A model generated the notes under the pieces. That model worked only from the letters and a program-made list of their open reading frames with translations. It did no database searches and had not been told where the DNA came from. Positions 51,223 through 60,992 of a DNA stretch of 64,000 nt are shown one piece after another; position 1 is the stretch's first letter; the number at the start of each line of letters is the position of its first letter. The DNA is from a virus (Duplodnaviria; Heunggongvirae; Uroviricota; Caudoviricetes). The position numbers were made by a program, and so were the translations under genes. The stretch is taken from positions 1-64,000 of IMG/VR virus record IMGVR_UViG_3300020034_000006, one strand, 5' to 3'.

Positions 51223-52081
51223 GGTCTCCGCCGTAGGTCATCAACGTGAAGCAATGGAACGTGGCGTGGGCGAGATGGTGCAGGCCGCTCTGATCATCGA
51301 AGTCATGCCCAGCCCAGAAAGCGTTGACGTGCCGCATGAGGGCATCGTGCGAGAGATGCCACGAGTAGCCCCTGCGCCAGTTGTCGCGGTCGTACTTGTC
51401 AGCACCAAAGCCGTAGACCCGGGCCACCTCTGCCAAAGCGGCCACAGGGATCATCGAGTACTGCTCGGGCTTCGAGCCCTTCTGTCCGCCGGTTGGCGAG
51501 GTCTGGCGGACCTCGCCACCGATGTGTGAATCAGCGGTATACGCACTTCGATGCATCACGAGGTCAACGAACTCGGTCCAGGTCGACACCCGAGGCGTCC
51601 ACTCGAACTCAGCGTTCCAAGGCCTAGTCATCAACACGCACGGCACACCCGACTCAACAACGTCGTTAGCGTTGTCGATGTTGTCCTCGATGCAGATATC
51701 GACCGGGTAGCCCGCCTTGTCCTCGCTGAAGGTCAACGTGTCATGAGGAACGTCGTTCGCCGCCAGCCAGCCAATGGTGCTCGTCTGGGCGGCTGGGCGA
51801 GTCCGGTGGGTGATGATATGAATCGAGTGATCAGCGTCCTTGAGGCTCTGCAAGGCGGCGATCGCACCTTCGTACGCCTGCCCCTGGTGGAACAGGCCAG
51901 CGGCTTCTGCCTCCAACATCGACTCCATGAACTCGGCCTGGCTGATGCCCCAGGACTGCCACAGCTCCCACATCAAAGGCTCGGGCATCGACTCGAAGGG
52001 GATGCCCCTAGAGACGCGGTAGTTGCGAAGAGCGGCAACGAAGTTGTAGACGCAGCCATCGAGGTCTATGCCGATTCGCAT
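51158..52081 (-). CDS. HAD-superfamily 5'(3')-deoxyribonucleotidase-like domain fused to a C-terminal domain of unknown function
   Basis: Start MRIGIDLDGCVYNF at 52081 (HAD motif I DxDG). C-terminal segment YGFGADKYDRDNWRRGYSWH...HHLAHATFHCF. Confidence 0.5.
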   Translation of the reverse strand: MRIGIDLDGCVYNFVAALRNYRVSRGIPFESMPEPLMWELWQSWGISQAEFMESMLEAEAAGLFHQGQAYEGAIAALQSLKDADHSIHIITHRTRPAAQTSTIGWLAANDVPHDTLTFSEDKAGYPVDICIEDNIDNANDVVESGVPCVLMTRPWNAEFEWTPRVSTWTEFVDLVMHRSAYTADSHIGGEVRQTSPTGGQKGSKPEQYSMIPVAALAEVARVYGFGADKYDRDNWRRGYSWHLSHDALMRHVNAFWAGHDFDDQSGLHHLAHATFHCFTLMTYGGDLEQYAHYDDRQRSGTSERPLH

Positions 52082-52266
52082 CACGTCTCCTCGCCTAGAT
52101 CGCAGGTCGGACAGGCTCGAAAGCCCATGTTGAGAATCCAGAAGGTCTTGCTGCACCAGCCACATCGCTTGATGTACTTCGGCGGACTCTCGCGGAATGC
52201 CTTGGGGTGCTTGAAGAGCCAGGAGACCGGCGGCAGAGCGCTGGATGGATCGAGTTGTCTCGGCAC
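52081..52266 (-). CDS. Hypothetical small Cys-rich protein
   Basis: 61 aa with CGWCSKTF...CPTC. Confidence 0.3.
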   Translation of the reverse strand: MPRQLDPSSALPPVSWLFKHPKAFRESPPKYIKRCGWCSKTFWILNMGFRACPTCDLGEET

Positions 52267-53366
52267 TACCAGCCCTCTGCGCCGCGGTCGATGCGGCCGT
52301 CGGGCAGCATGGGTGCGCAGAAGATGGGTGTATGGCCGAAGGGTCCGTAGTCGGCCGTCTCAAGCCAGAGCGCTTGCTTCGGTGCCTCGATGCCGAAAGA
52401 GCGGCTATAGGCGTACTCGTCGGTTCCCTTGAGCGAGCCGTTCAGGACGAACTCGCCTCCGGTGCGGTAGGTGTGCCAGTGACCGACAAGCAGGATGTCG
52501 TAAACCTCGCCGGCAGCGCCCTCGCGCTGCCGGCGTCGGAGGTCCCCTCGAACGATCGGTGTCCAGGCCCCAGCAATGCCACCACCGCCACCAAACCCGA
52601 GGTTGCCATGCGTCAGGAGATAGCGAGTGTTTTGCACCTGTACCCGAGCGTCCGTCTCCTCCGGAATCTGCCAAGTGACACCGGGGGCCGAGCCGGCCCT
52701 TTGTGTCATATGAGCAAGCAGCCAGTCGTAGTTGTCACGGGCACGGAGCTTCGCTCGCTCTTTGCCCGTGCGACGACCGTGATTGCCGCAAACGCTGACG
52801 ATGTGTACGTTGCCGTAGAACTCCGCGAGCATGTCGAAGCCGGCGGCCAATTGCTCAGACCAGTAGAGGCACGTCCCGAGGATCGTGTCCTCGTTCGTCT
52901 GCTGAAGTTCTTCATGGATGTCGCCAGAGATCGAGTCGCCAGCCATGAAGATCACGGCGCCCTGATACTCGTGACCACCGAAGTGGTCACGAGGCAGAGA
53001 GATGACCTTGTCGAAGAATCGGCGTAGCCGCTGTGTGCCGATCTCACGGTTGTAGGCATTGATGCCATTGACCTCGCGAGGGTTGACGACCTCATCGAAG
53101 TGCATGTCCGACAACATGGCGCAGACGGTGACGTCCCTAGTCCGCAGCGCCGGCTTCTCGGTGATCCAGGTGGGAGGCTTCGGGCTCGCTGTGAAGAACG
53201 CTTCGTTGAAGCTGACGTGTCGCTCTAGCTCGGTCAGCTTCTTCGAGGCCAGACGGAAGGCAGCGCTCTTCGCTGCGAGCTTGGCCTTCTGCTGTTCAAG
53301 CTGAAGCTCAAGTTCGGCAACACGTTGCCCGTATTGCATGTCTGCGATCTCATCAGCTACACCCAC
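52266..53366 (-). CDS. Calcineurin-like metallophosphoesterase
   Basis: MPE motifs D-x-H (LSDMHFD), GD (FMAGDS), GNH (VCGNHGRR) and GHxH (VGHWHTYR). Confidence 0.75.
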   Translation of the reverse strand: MGVADEIADMQYGQRVAELELQLEQQKAKLAAKSAAFRLASKKLTELERHVSFNEAFFTASPKPPTWITEKPALRTRDVTVCAMLSDMHFDEVVNPREVNGINAYNREIGTQRLRRFFDKVISLPRDHFGGHEYQGAVIFMAGDSISGDIHEELQQTNEDTILGTCLYWSEQLAAGFDMLAEFYGNVHIVSVCGNHGRRTGKERAKLRARDNYDWLLAHMTQRAGSAPGVTWQIPEETDARVQVQNTRYLLTHGNLGFGGGGGIAGAWTPIVRGDLRRRQREGAAGEVYDILLVGHWHTYRTGGEFVLNGSLKGTDEYAYSRSFGIEAPKQALWLETADYGPFGHTPIFCAPMLPDGRIDRGAEGW

Positions 53367-53550
53367 AGAGTCCTCTCCGATGGCTAGTCACGGCCGATGC
53401 CGTGATACCGGGGATTTCGCGCTTGTCCGTGAACCAGACAGCGATGATGTGAGAGGCGATGCCGTTGGCGAGAATGGCCCGCATCTCTTCGCGTTCTCGC
53501 TCGGTTAACTGCTGCATCGCTTTGCCGACCGAGCAAGGTCCGCTTGTCAC
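53353..53550 (-). CDS. Hypothetical small protein
   Basis: 65-aa ORF. Confidence 0.3.
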   Translation of the reverse strand: MTSGPCSVGKAMQQLTEREREEMRAILANGIASHIIAVWFTDKREIPGITASAVTSHRRGLCGCS

Positions 53551-53957
53551 TGAGGCTCCAATGAACGTGGCGCTTCTAGCTTGGACTGCGCCTTGTATCG
53601 ATCCCTCAACTGCGCCGTCAGTTCGCTGATACGAGCCTCGATGACTTCTACCGTCGGATCGACGGCTGTCTCGCCGGTCAGCGCCGACAGCTTGTTCATC
53701 AGAGCGAGCTGGCCTTGTAGCGAGTTCAGCTCGGACTGCATCGCAGCGGTCAAGTTGCTGTTGACGAGAACGTGGATCTCATCGAGCTTGTGGTCTGTCA
53801 CCGCGTTGGCCTTAACAAGGCGAGCAGCGACTTCGTCTTGTCGGCGCCAGTCCTCACGCTTCTCGACCATGCGCTGCCGTCCTGTCAGGTACGCCAGGAA
53901 CACGGCGCCAAGTGGGCTGGCGAAGGCAACGATGGCCGCCACAACGATGGTGCTCAT
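53547..53957 (-). CDS. Single-TM coiled-coil protein, lysis-associated (holin/spanin-like candidate)
   Basis: N-terminal TM IVVAAIVAFASPLGAVFLAYL then a long coiled coil. Downstream of the endolysin. Confidence 0.4.
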   Translation of the reverse strand: MSTIVVAAIVAFASPLGAVFLAYLTGRQRMVEKREDWRRQDEVAARLVKANAVTDHKLDEIHVLVNSNLTAAMQSELNSLQGQLALMNKLSALTGETAVDPTVEVIEARISELTAQLRDRYKAQSKLEAPRSLEPQ

Positions 53958-54313
53958 CCCTCTCGCACCCTCGCCCGAGCCGCTTCGAGATCGCAGGTTG
54001 GATCGGGATAGATCGCGAGAACTTGGCGTTGTACCGACTCACGAAACACCCGGACCACCTCCGGATCAATGCGGGGAATCGCTTCGATGATCGCCTCGCC
54101 TGGGACAGCGATCGCCTCACGGATCTGACGCCGGCTCTCCCAAGAAGTCACGCATCGCCGAGCCTCGTCCAGCTCGGCCCCTTGCTGGTTGTCCTCGGTC
54201 AACGTTCGGGTTTCCAGCAGCGTGTAAGCCCCCCCTCCCATCAGTACGGCCTGGATGATCGCCATGGCGACGAACCCCTTGGTGATCCAACCGGGTGTCC
54301 GTTCACCGTTCAT
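53954..54313 (-). CDS. Single-TM membrane protein, holin candidate
   Basis: TM FVAMAIIQAVLMGGGAYTLL. Immediately follows the endolysin gene. Confidence 0.4.
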   Translation of the reverse strand: MNGERTPGWITKGFVAMAIIQAVLMGGGAYTLLETRTLTEDNQQGAELDEARRCVTSWESRRQIREAIAVPGEAIIEAIPRIDPEVVRVFRESVQRQVLAIYPDPTCDLEAARARVREG

Positions 54314-54314
54314 C

Positions 54315-55190
54315 TCAAGTAGCCAGCCGTGCGCTCAGCAGGTTGAGCACTTCAACGGCGATGGAGTCATCGAGAGCGTTGGCGATCGCCTGGGGAGTGA
54401 GCACGGCAAGCATCCTCGACGCCACCTCGGCCTCGTCCACGGAGTCCACAGCCGCTACAGCCCCCGCGAGGGCGTTCAGCTTGTTCGAGTTGACCTGCAC
54501 GGTGCCGAGGATTGCCTTCTCGGTGCCGGCCCAGGTGCTTTGCCCCTTGCCGGTGCCCTCGTTCATGACCTTGCGAACGACTGCTTCGATCTCTTCCTTT
54601 GTTGCCATCTCGTCCCACTCCTTTGGTACCGCCGCAGCGGAAGTAGACCCGGGAATCAATTGCGACTTGATGTCCTCGATCCGATTGTCGCCAGGACAAA
54701 CCTTGCCGGCAGAGCTTGAGAACCTGGTGCAGTCGGGGAAGCGCCAAGGGTCGATCCCGAGGCGGTGGTAGCTGATGCCATTCCGTTCGCAGGAGTCCTT
54801 GAGTAGATGCCGGCGAATGCTGAACCTGGCGCACAGCCAGGTCAGCAGCTTGTCGAGAGCCATGAGCTGAGCTGGCGTGAAGCTGGGCACGTTCGATCCC
54901 GTCCACCTGGGAAAGCTCGCACTGCTGTCTTCACACTCGATAGAGATGCAGAAGGGGTTGCCGTTGAGGTCAGAAGCCGCTCGGTAGCGGAGGTCTTGCC
55001 ATTGCCGCACGGCACCTGAACCACCGACACCGAAGTGCGAGTAGGCGCGCCCGCTAGGAGTGAACCACGACTCCGTTCCAGCGAGAGTGCCGACCATCGT
55101 GTGGATGTTGATGACAAGCGGGGTGAGCAGGGTCGTGGACTTGCCCCGGAGCTGGCGATACTCAGCGCCGGGATAGACGACGGCCGTCAC
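54315..55190 (-). CDS. N-acetylmuramoyl-L-alanine amidase (Amidase_2/PGRP) endolysin
   Basis: Pattern INIHTMVGT...SHFGVGGSG...NPFCISIECED resembles T7-lysozyme-type amidases. The C-terminal half may be a cell-wall-binding region. Confidence 0.6.
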   Translation of the reverse strand: MTAVVYPGAEYRQLRGKSTTLLTPLVINIHTMVGTLAGTESWFTPSGRAYSHFGVGGSGAVRQWQDLRYRAASDLNGNPFCISIECEDSSASFPRWTGSNVPSFTPAQLMALDKLLTWLCARFSIRRHLLKDSCERNGISYHRLGIDPWRFPDCTRFSSSAGKVCPGDNRIEDIKSQLIPGSTSAAAVPKEWDEMATKEEIEAVVRKVMNEGTGKGQSTWAGTEKAILGTVQVNSNKLNALAGAVAAVDSVDEAEVASRMLAVLTPQAIANALDDSIAVEVLNLLSARLAT

Positions 55191-55558
55191 GGCTTGTCCT
55201 CAGTCGGGCCGCGTTCACAGGAGATGCCGTTCGTCACCGGATCAAAAGCGTCTTCCCACCGCGCGACCTCGGCGACCACGCTCGGGTCGCCGAGTCGTGA
55301 CAGGTCGTGGTGCGCAGCTTCCTGGGCGTCGCTGACCGCCTCGTGGAGGTCAAACTTCAGCGCTCGATTCAGCCGCTTCCGCAGCCAGTTGGCGATATCC
55401 ATAAGCCCTCCTAAGTTGTGCAGGGGAGTGAGCGCAGGCGTTGTCAAGCGATAGACCGAAGGTCGCCCCGGCCTTCCCGCAGAACCAACAATTGGACGAG
55501 TTACGCCAAAGCACCATGCAGTCAATGCAGATCTTGGTGGGGTCCACCTAGTAGCCAT
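55187..55558 (-). CDS. Hypothetical protein
   Basis: 123-aa ORF. Confidence 0.35.
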   Translation of the reverse strand: MATRWTPPRSALTAWCFGVTRPIVGSAGRPGRPSVYRLTTPALTPLHNLGGLMDIANWLRKRLNRALKFDLHEAVSDAQEAAHHDLSRLGDPSVVAEVARWEDAFDPVTNGISCERGPTEDKP

Positions 55559-57470
55559 AGAGGTAAACGCGGGAGCCGGCTGCGAATAGGTGCGAGCCGC
55601 TATTCACCTCGATCGTCAGTCGGTTGATAGCGGAGCCCGAGTATTGGCCACTTAGCAGTCCGTTGCGAAGGTTGATGCCAGCATCGGATGCCCAGAACTC
55701 ATGCCCAAGCATGATCTTGCGGCTTCCGGTTCGGGAGTACCCGAGAATGTTGAACTGAGCGCTTGATGCAGCGCCATTGACCGCCGACAGACCGCCTAGC
55801 AGTATGCGGTCGGTGATGAGCGCAGCAGCGGCGGTGTTGATCGCCGCTACGTTGCTCTGTACATCGAAGAGTTGGTAGAAGTAGTTGTTGCCCGTGTCCG
55901 CGTTGTAGCGAAGCCGGATTCTGACGTTGCCAACTCCACCGTTCTGGACAGATAGCGAGTCGTAGATGACTTCGAGGTTGTCGTAGCTCTGAGGGATGTT
56001 CTGGAAGTCACAGAGCGTCGCTGAGTTCGCTGGCAATTCAACGAAGTCGAGCAGCCGGCGAATGGGGTGCCCCGCGAGACGGATCTGCACGCCACCGTCA
56101 ACCAAGAAGGGGTCCTGGACTGCCACCATCGTGCCCTGGATGGCCTTTAGACCAGCCGGAAGGTTGATGGTTGTGCTGTAGTCGGTGGGCTCCGATGCGC
56201 CGGCCAGCTTGGCCCAGACGCCCACTGCGAGGGTCGAGGCCGTCGCTCCCGCACCTGAGGTGTTGAACGTCGCGCCCAAGAAGACGAAGCCATCGGGGGT
56301 GGTCCACCCTGTTGGCACCAAGCCACCGCTGGTACCCATGGTCACGAAGATGATCAGTGCGTCACCTTGAGCAGTACCGGCCGGCTTCGGAATGGTCACC
56401 GTGGCTATCGCCCCGGCAAGGGCGGTGTCGGCCACCGAGATCGAGCGGTACGAAGGAGAGGAAGCGCCTCCGCCCTTGATGACGACGTGAGTACCAACGC
56501 CGTGCTGCCAGTTCGTCTGCGTGCTGGTGAAGGTGCCAGCCGTGCCGGTAGCGACATCCCGCGTGGCTACCGAGGTCTGAAGGGTTCCGGCGTCGCTCGT
56601 GTCGTTCTCGTCTGAGCGCTCGGTCCACGTTGCCGGTGGCGTCATGGTCGCCGCTTGGTTGGTCACCCTGAGCCAAGCGGCCACGTGGGCGATCTCGATG
56701 TCGTCGGCTGGCGTAGTGAAGAGAGGGGCGGACGGAGCGACTAGCGAGCCCCCGGGGCTGGTCTCAACCGCCTGCCGCGACGCCGGGTTCGGCAGGGTGC
56801 CGTCCGAGCTGGTGACGATCTCGACATCGTCAACACCGTTGGGGTCAACGATGCGTAGCGAGCCTGGCTTGATCTCGGCCGTGACGATGCCGGTCTCCTG
56901 GTCCCTCAGCGTGTAGCCCTGTTGGTCCACGATCGTGACGAGCTGATCTGAGGCATCCCTGATGCGGAAGCCACCGATGGGATCGAGCGTGACCCTGGCC
57001 CCCGTGTTGCCCACGTCACCGATCTGCCATTGCGAGCCATCGAGGAGGCCGACCAACTCGCCGTTCTCGTCATAGAAGGCGATGAAGCCTGGATCGCCAC
57101 CTTCCAGAACGACGCGCTGGCCGTCCTCCGCACCGAACGGGAGCACCACTCGCGTTTGTGCGCTCGTGCGCATGGCGCTAGCTCCGGCAGAACCGTCGAA
57201 CTCGACTCGCACCTCTTCATCGGTGAACGTCTCGCCGAGGCGCGTGGCGGGGATGACGCCAGGGTCCTCGTAGTTCATGCTCAGCGCCGGGTTGCCGCTG
57301 ATGACCTCGTCATCCATTCGCACGAACACGACATCGAGGTCTTCGTTGTCCAACTGCTCGACCGTGCCCGAGAGCAGCTTGGATGTCCGCGTCTGCTTGA
57401 CGCCTTCAGTGATCGCGGACTTGACCGCACGTCGGATGATCCGAGACAGCGCTTCCTCAGATAGTTGCAT
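55548..57470 (-). CDS. Minor tail / tail-fibre protein (Gly-rich)
   Basis: 640 aa, Gly/Thr/Ser/Ala-rich with beta-rich repeats. Position between the tail and lysis genes. Confidence 0.55.
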   Translation of the reverse strand: MQLSEEALSRIIRRAVKSAITEGVKQTRTSKLLSGTVEQLDNEDLDVVFVRMDDEVISGNPALSMNYEDPGVIPATRLGETFTDEEVRVEFDGSAGASAMRTSAQTRVVLPFGAEDGQRVVLEGGDPGFIAFYDENGELVGLLDGSQWQIGDVGNTGARVTLDPIGGFRIRDASDQLVTIVDQQGYTLRDQETGIVTAEIKPGSLRIVDPNGVDDVEIVTSSDGTLPNPASRQAVETSPGGSLVAPSAPLFTTPADDIEIAHVAAWLRVTNQAATMTPPATWTERSDENDTSDAGTLQTSVATRDVATGTAGTFTSTQTNWQHGVGTHVVIKGGGASSPSYRSISVADTALAGAIATVTIPKPAGTAQGDALIIFVTMGTSGGLVPTGWTTPDGFVFLGATFNTSGAGATASTLAVGVWAKLAGASEPTDYSTTINLPAGLKAIQGTMVAVQDPFLVDGGVQIRLAGHPIRRLLDFVELPANSATLCDFQNIPQSYDNLEVIYDSLSVQNGGVGNVRIRLRYNADTGNNYFYQLFDVQSNVAAINTAAAALITDRILLGGLSAVNGAASSAQFNILGYSRTGSRKIMLGHEFWASDAGINLRNGLLSGQYSGSAINRLTIEVNSGSHLFAAGSRVYLYGY

Positions 57471-58551
57471 AGGACACTCGCTTCATCGTGTGCTGCATCT
57501 GGCCACCGGAGCGAAGTTCGAGAGACCATGCGGTTTCGAGCCATCGTTCGCCGAAGGCGTCAACGACGTCCAAGGTCTCATGGCGGGGGTCGGCTGTTGA
57601 GTTGAATGTCAGCCACTCGAAGGCAGCGCCACTACGGGCAAGGTTCTTCGCAGCTCGATTGGCCAACGTCTGGTTGTCGATGCCCTGTACCGATTCCACC
57701 TGAGCGATCTCGAAGCCGCGTTTGGCGTAGCTGTGCGGCGCCGATGATGGGATGTCGTAGCGCCCGGATCGAAGCCGGTCCGTGCCCGAGTCGTAGACGG
57801 AGAAGACGTTGGGGGCAGAGAGCATGTCGTCCGAGTGCACGATCGAATCGGCGATCACGCGGGTGCCGGCTTCATACGCCGGCACTGTCGGTTCATCGAG
57901 ATCAGGGTCGGGCGGTTGGTCGAAGTGGCAGCGACCGTTTCTGTCAAACCACGGGGAGATGAAGCCCACGAGCCCGCCGAGGTCGGTGAGCATCTGCATC
58001 CACGTCGTGCCTGGCTCCCATGCCTTTGCGTCAGCCAGCCCACGGGCGGCCTCGTCGCCAAGCACCGCGATGTCATTCAGCTCGAACCCGGCACGGAACA
58101 TCAGGAAGAAGATGATCAGCATGATGTTGGCGCCCTTGCTAAAGCCATAGGCGTTGGCGGAGGGCTGGTTGAGGATGTAGCTGAAGTCGACTAGCTCTGC
58201 ATTCTGCTCGATGCCCCATGATCTCTGCGGCCGACTGTCGTCGGCCCAGAGGAAAGTGCCAAGCAGGAAGTCGGCGCCGTTCTGCAATTGCATGTAGACC
58301 CGGACCCGGTCGCTCAGCGTGTTGACATCAGCCGACTCGTCTGGTGTGAGCTTGAGCCCTGTCAGCCGCCGGGAGGTGTTGTCCGAGGTGTCGTTCTGGA
58401 TCTGGGGCGTGGATGCCGAGTCGGGGTGAAGCTGACCGATCGGGCTCAGCTCGCGGTCCATCAGGTAGAACTTGAACTTGTCGATCCGGTGGCGGACACC
58501 ATCGAGATCGAGGATCTGATCAGTTGTCGGCTCCCAAATCGTCGTCGGCAT
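57457..58551 (-). CDS. Minor tail protein
   Basis: 364 aa. Position and composition only. Confidence 0.5.
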   Translation of the reverse strand: MPTTIWEPTTDQILDLDGVRHRIDKFKFYLMDRELSPIGQLHPDSASTPQIQNDTSDNTSRRLTGLKLTPDESADVNTLSDRVRVYMQLQNGADFLLGTFLWADDSRPQRSWGIEQNAELVDFSYILNQPSANAYGFSKGANIMLIIFFLMFRAGFELNDIAVLGDEAARGLADAKAWEPGTTWMQMLTDLGGLVGFISPWFDRNGRCHFDQPPDPDLDEPTVPAYEAGTRVIADSIVHSDDMLSAPNVFSVYDSGTDRLRSGRYDIPSSAPHSYAKRGFEIAQVESVQGIDNQTLANRAAKNLARSGAAFEWLTFNSTADPRHETLDVVDAFGERWLETAWSLELRSGGQMQHTMKRVSYATI

Positions 58552-60992
58552 CAGGCCTCCACCTCGACAGGGACTTCAACGCTGTGAGTTGGCGTGACTT
58601 CGATCGACGCGGTGTAACGGTGGCCGGGCTCTTGCTGCTGAGCGTCCGACGGCCGCACGTGGCCGAGGATGCGAGTGCCCTGGAAGTCCATGGCACAGAC
58701 AAAGGGGATATCCATCGACCGGGTGATGCTGAGCAGGTCGGTGAAGAGCCGCTGTCCGGAGGACACCACTGGCGTCTCGTTGCCGAAGTTGAGTTCGATG
58801 CTGGCTTGCCAGCCAACGCCTCGGTCCTCGGACTCAGTGAAGACAACCTGGTAGTCCGCACCGTGCAGGAGAACCACCTCATCGCGCTCGGGCGAGAGGA
58901 ACGTGTAGGCCGAGCCCTGATCGGGGATGTCGAACACGACTTCGAGGCTGGGGTCGTGATTCGACGTCAGGACGATGTCGTAATCGCCCTGCTCGGGCGT
59001 GACCGCGTTGGAGAGCGCCCAGCCGCTCACTCGACCGTCGAGGGCTGCTGAGCGCACTCGATAGGTGGCCTCGAAGCCGCGGGGCACGAGGTGGTCAACG
59101 AAGGAGAGCAGGGACTCGTCGTTGAGGTGAGCCACCCGAGTCCAGGTCGACTCGCTGCTGAACTGACGCTCCAACTCGAAACGCCTGAACGCAGCGCTCA
59201 GCGGTGAAGCCGGAGCCACCCACTCGATCTCTGCGTGCTCGACCTCGCGAGTGGACTCATCCGGCATGGTCGCCAACGTCTGTGTCACCGACGCGGTAAC
59301 ACCCGTCGCCGGGTCGGGCTGCTTCACCAGAGTGACGGCCATGTCGCGACCGGTCTGGTGAACACCAGCGACCATCGCTCCATTGGTGAGACCACCGAAG
59401 CTGTTGACCGGGCTCAGCGAACAGTCCGGGCCGAAGATGATCCAGTCCTGTCCGGTGACGTTGGTGGTGAACCGGATCTCGTATTGCGTCAAGCCGGTGA
59501 GTGCGACGCTTGAGGAGAAGACGCCTTCGACGTAGCGCACGCCCTCGGACGACGCCGGCAGTGCTCGAACCGTGTCGGCGCTGATGACGAAGCTCCCGCC
59601 GACCTGAGCCCCACCAGAGACCGCATGGACGGCAACCGTGAGGTTGCCGTCTCTACTAGCCGGCGGGATGATCGGGAACCTGGCGCCGATGTAGGTCTGC
59701 GTCGAGGCAGGCGTGAGGCGCTGGCCCGTGGTACCAGTGCCCGACCGGAAGAGGACAAGGTCGGAGAGATCGAGGCGGTAGGGATAGCTGTCAACGCTGT
59801 CGATCGAGAGGCTGCCGACCTGGCTCACAAGAGCGATGGCGTAGGCGGCGCGTGAGTCGCCCACGAAAGCCTCCTGAGGCCGCCCGTACTGGTCATAGGC
59901 GATGGTCTGGCTAGCAAGGCCCGTAGCAGCCGGCGGGAACTCTCCTGAGGTCGAGAGAGGGAAGACGATGCCAGGTGGATGACCACCAGGGCCCAGCTCT
60001 TGGTATGCGCCGTTCCAGCGAACATCGGCGGAGACCACTGGGCCGTATTCGCTTGGGCTGACTGTCTGACGCCAGTAGAAGAGGTAGTTCTTAGCACTAG
60101 CCTTGTTCCAGTTGGCAGTTCCCGCCGGCAGCTTCCGCAAGGCGTCAGTGGTGACGTTCACCAAACCCGCTTCGCCGATGTCCTCAGGGCGGCGCCAGAC
60201 GCCCACGGCAGCGCGGTTCTCGGTCTCGGAGTAGGCGACATTGAGGCTGAGCGCCACCACGGTTGGATAGTGCGCCGTCGTGGCCGCTGTGCCCGAGCGG
60301 ACACGGATGCCCCAGTCGGCTTGCGTGTCAAAGTTGGCGATGTCGGCCGGCGTCCAAGGCAAGCTCGTAGCGGGGTTGATCTCACCCCACCAGAAGTCGT
60401 AGATGTTGCCGAAGCCATGGACGTCGCGCGTTGCACCCGCGGCCGGGTCGTAGAGGTTGCCGTCGATCAGGAGCTTGACGGACAGCTTGCGGTAGCCGGT
60501 ATTGGCTTGGAGGATTGCGCCGACGCCGACCCAGAAGATGCGCCCACTGGCTGCTGCTCCACCGTTGAACAGAGCGGCGTTGACGCCACAGGCGTAGGCG
60601 GTACCCGGCGAGAAGGTGCGGATGTGGGTGACGTCTGCTGGATTCGGCCACTTCGTGGTGGCCTCATCGATCGAGTTGAAGAGGTTCGACCCACTCGCTG
60701 CCTCGGTCTCCCAGCCATCGTTGACGTTGTCGCTGTTCGGAAGGAGTCGAGCCAGCTTCGGGAGGCCAACGAACTCGTTGCCCTCCTCGATGACGTCAAT
60801 GAGGGTGGGGATGCTCGCATGCGACAGGGGGTCGACAGCAGCCGAGAGCTTCAACGCACTGATGGTTTCGGCCGCAGTCGACGGAATGCGCATCATCCGA
60901 GCTGGCGATCCCGCCCACACCCGGTTCTTCTGATCATGCGTCAGGAACAGCTCGTTGCCGAGCAGGTTTGAGAACCCCGGGTTGAAGTCCAC
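58551..60992 (-). CDS. Minor tail protein (large, 813 aa)
   Basis: Immediately follows the tape measure gene. Gly/Thr/Ser-rich. Confidence 0.55.
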   Translation of the reverse strand: MDFNPGFSNLLGNELFLTHDQKNRVWAGSPARMMRIPSTAAETISALKLSAAVDPLSHASIPTLIDVIEEGNEFVGLPKLARLLPNSDNVNDGWETEAASGSNLFNSIDEATTKWPNPADVTHIRTFSPGTAYACGVNAALFNGGAAASGRIFWVGVGAILQANTGYRKLSVKLLIDGNLYDPAAGATRDVHGFGNIYDFWWGEINPATSLPWTPADIANFDTQADWGIRVRSGTAATTAHYPTVVALSLNVAYSETENRAAVGVWRRPEDIGEAGLVNVTTDALRKLPAGTANWNKASAKNYLFYWRQTVSPSEYGPVVSADVRWNGAYQELGPGGHPPGIVFPLSTSGEFPPAATGLASQTIAYDQYGRPQEAFVGDSRAAYAIALVSQVGSLSIDSVDSYPYRLDLSDLVLFRSGTGTTGQRLTPASTQTYIGARFPIIPPASRDGNLTVAVHAVSGGAQVGGSFVISADTVRALPASSEGVRYVEGVFSSSVALTGLTQYEIRFTTNVTGQDWIIFGPDCSLSPVNSFGGLTNGAMVAGVHQTGRDMAVTLVKQPDPATGVTASVTQTLATMPDESTREVEHAEIEWVAPASPLSAAFRRFELERQFSSESTWTRVAHLNDESLLSFVDHLVPRGFEATYRVRSAALDGRVSGWALSNAVTPEQGDYDIVLTSNHDPSLEVVFDIPDQGSAYTFLSPERDEVVLLHGADYQVVFTESEDRGVGWQASIELNFGNETPVVSSGQRLFTDLLSITRSMDIPFVCAMDFQGTRILGHVRPSDAQQQEPGHRYTASIEVTPTHSVEVPVEVEA

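Noticed and set aside
59979-60971. 330-aa plus-strand ORF
   Set aside because: Antisense to the 813-aa minor tail protein gene. No start context and low-complexity Arg/Val/Asp.
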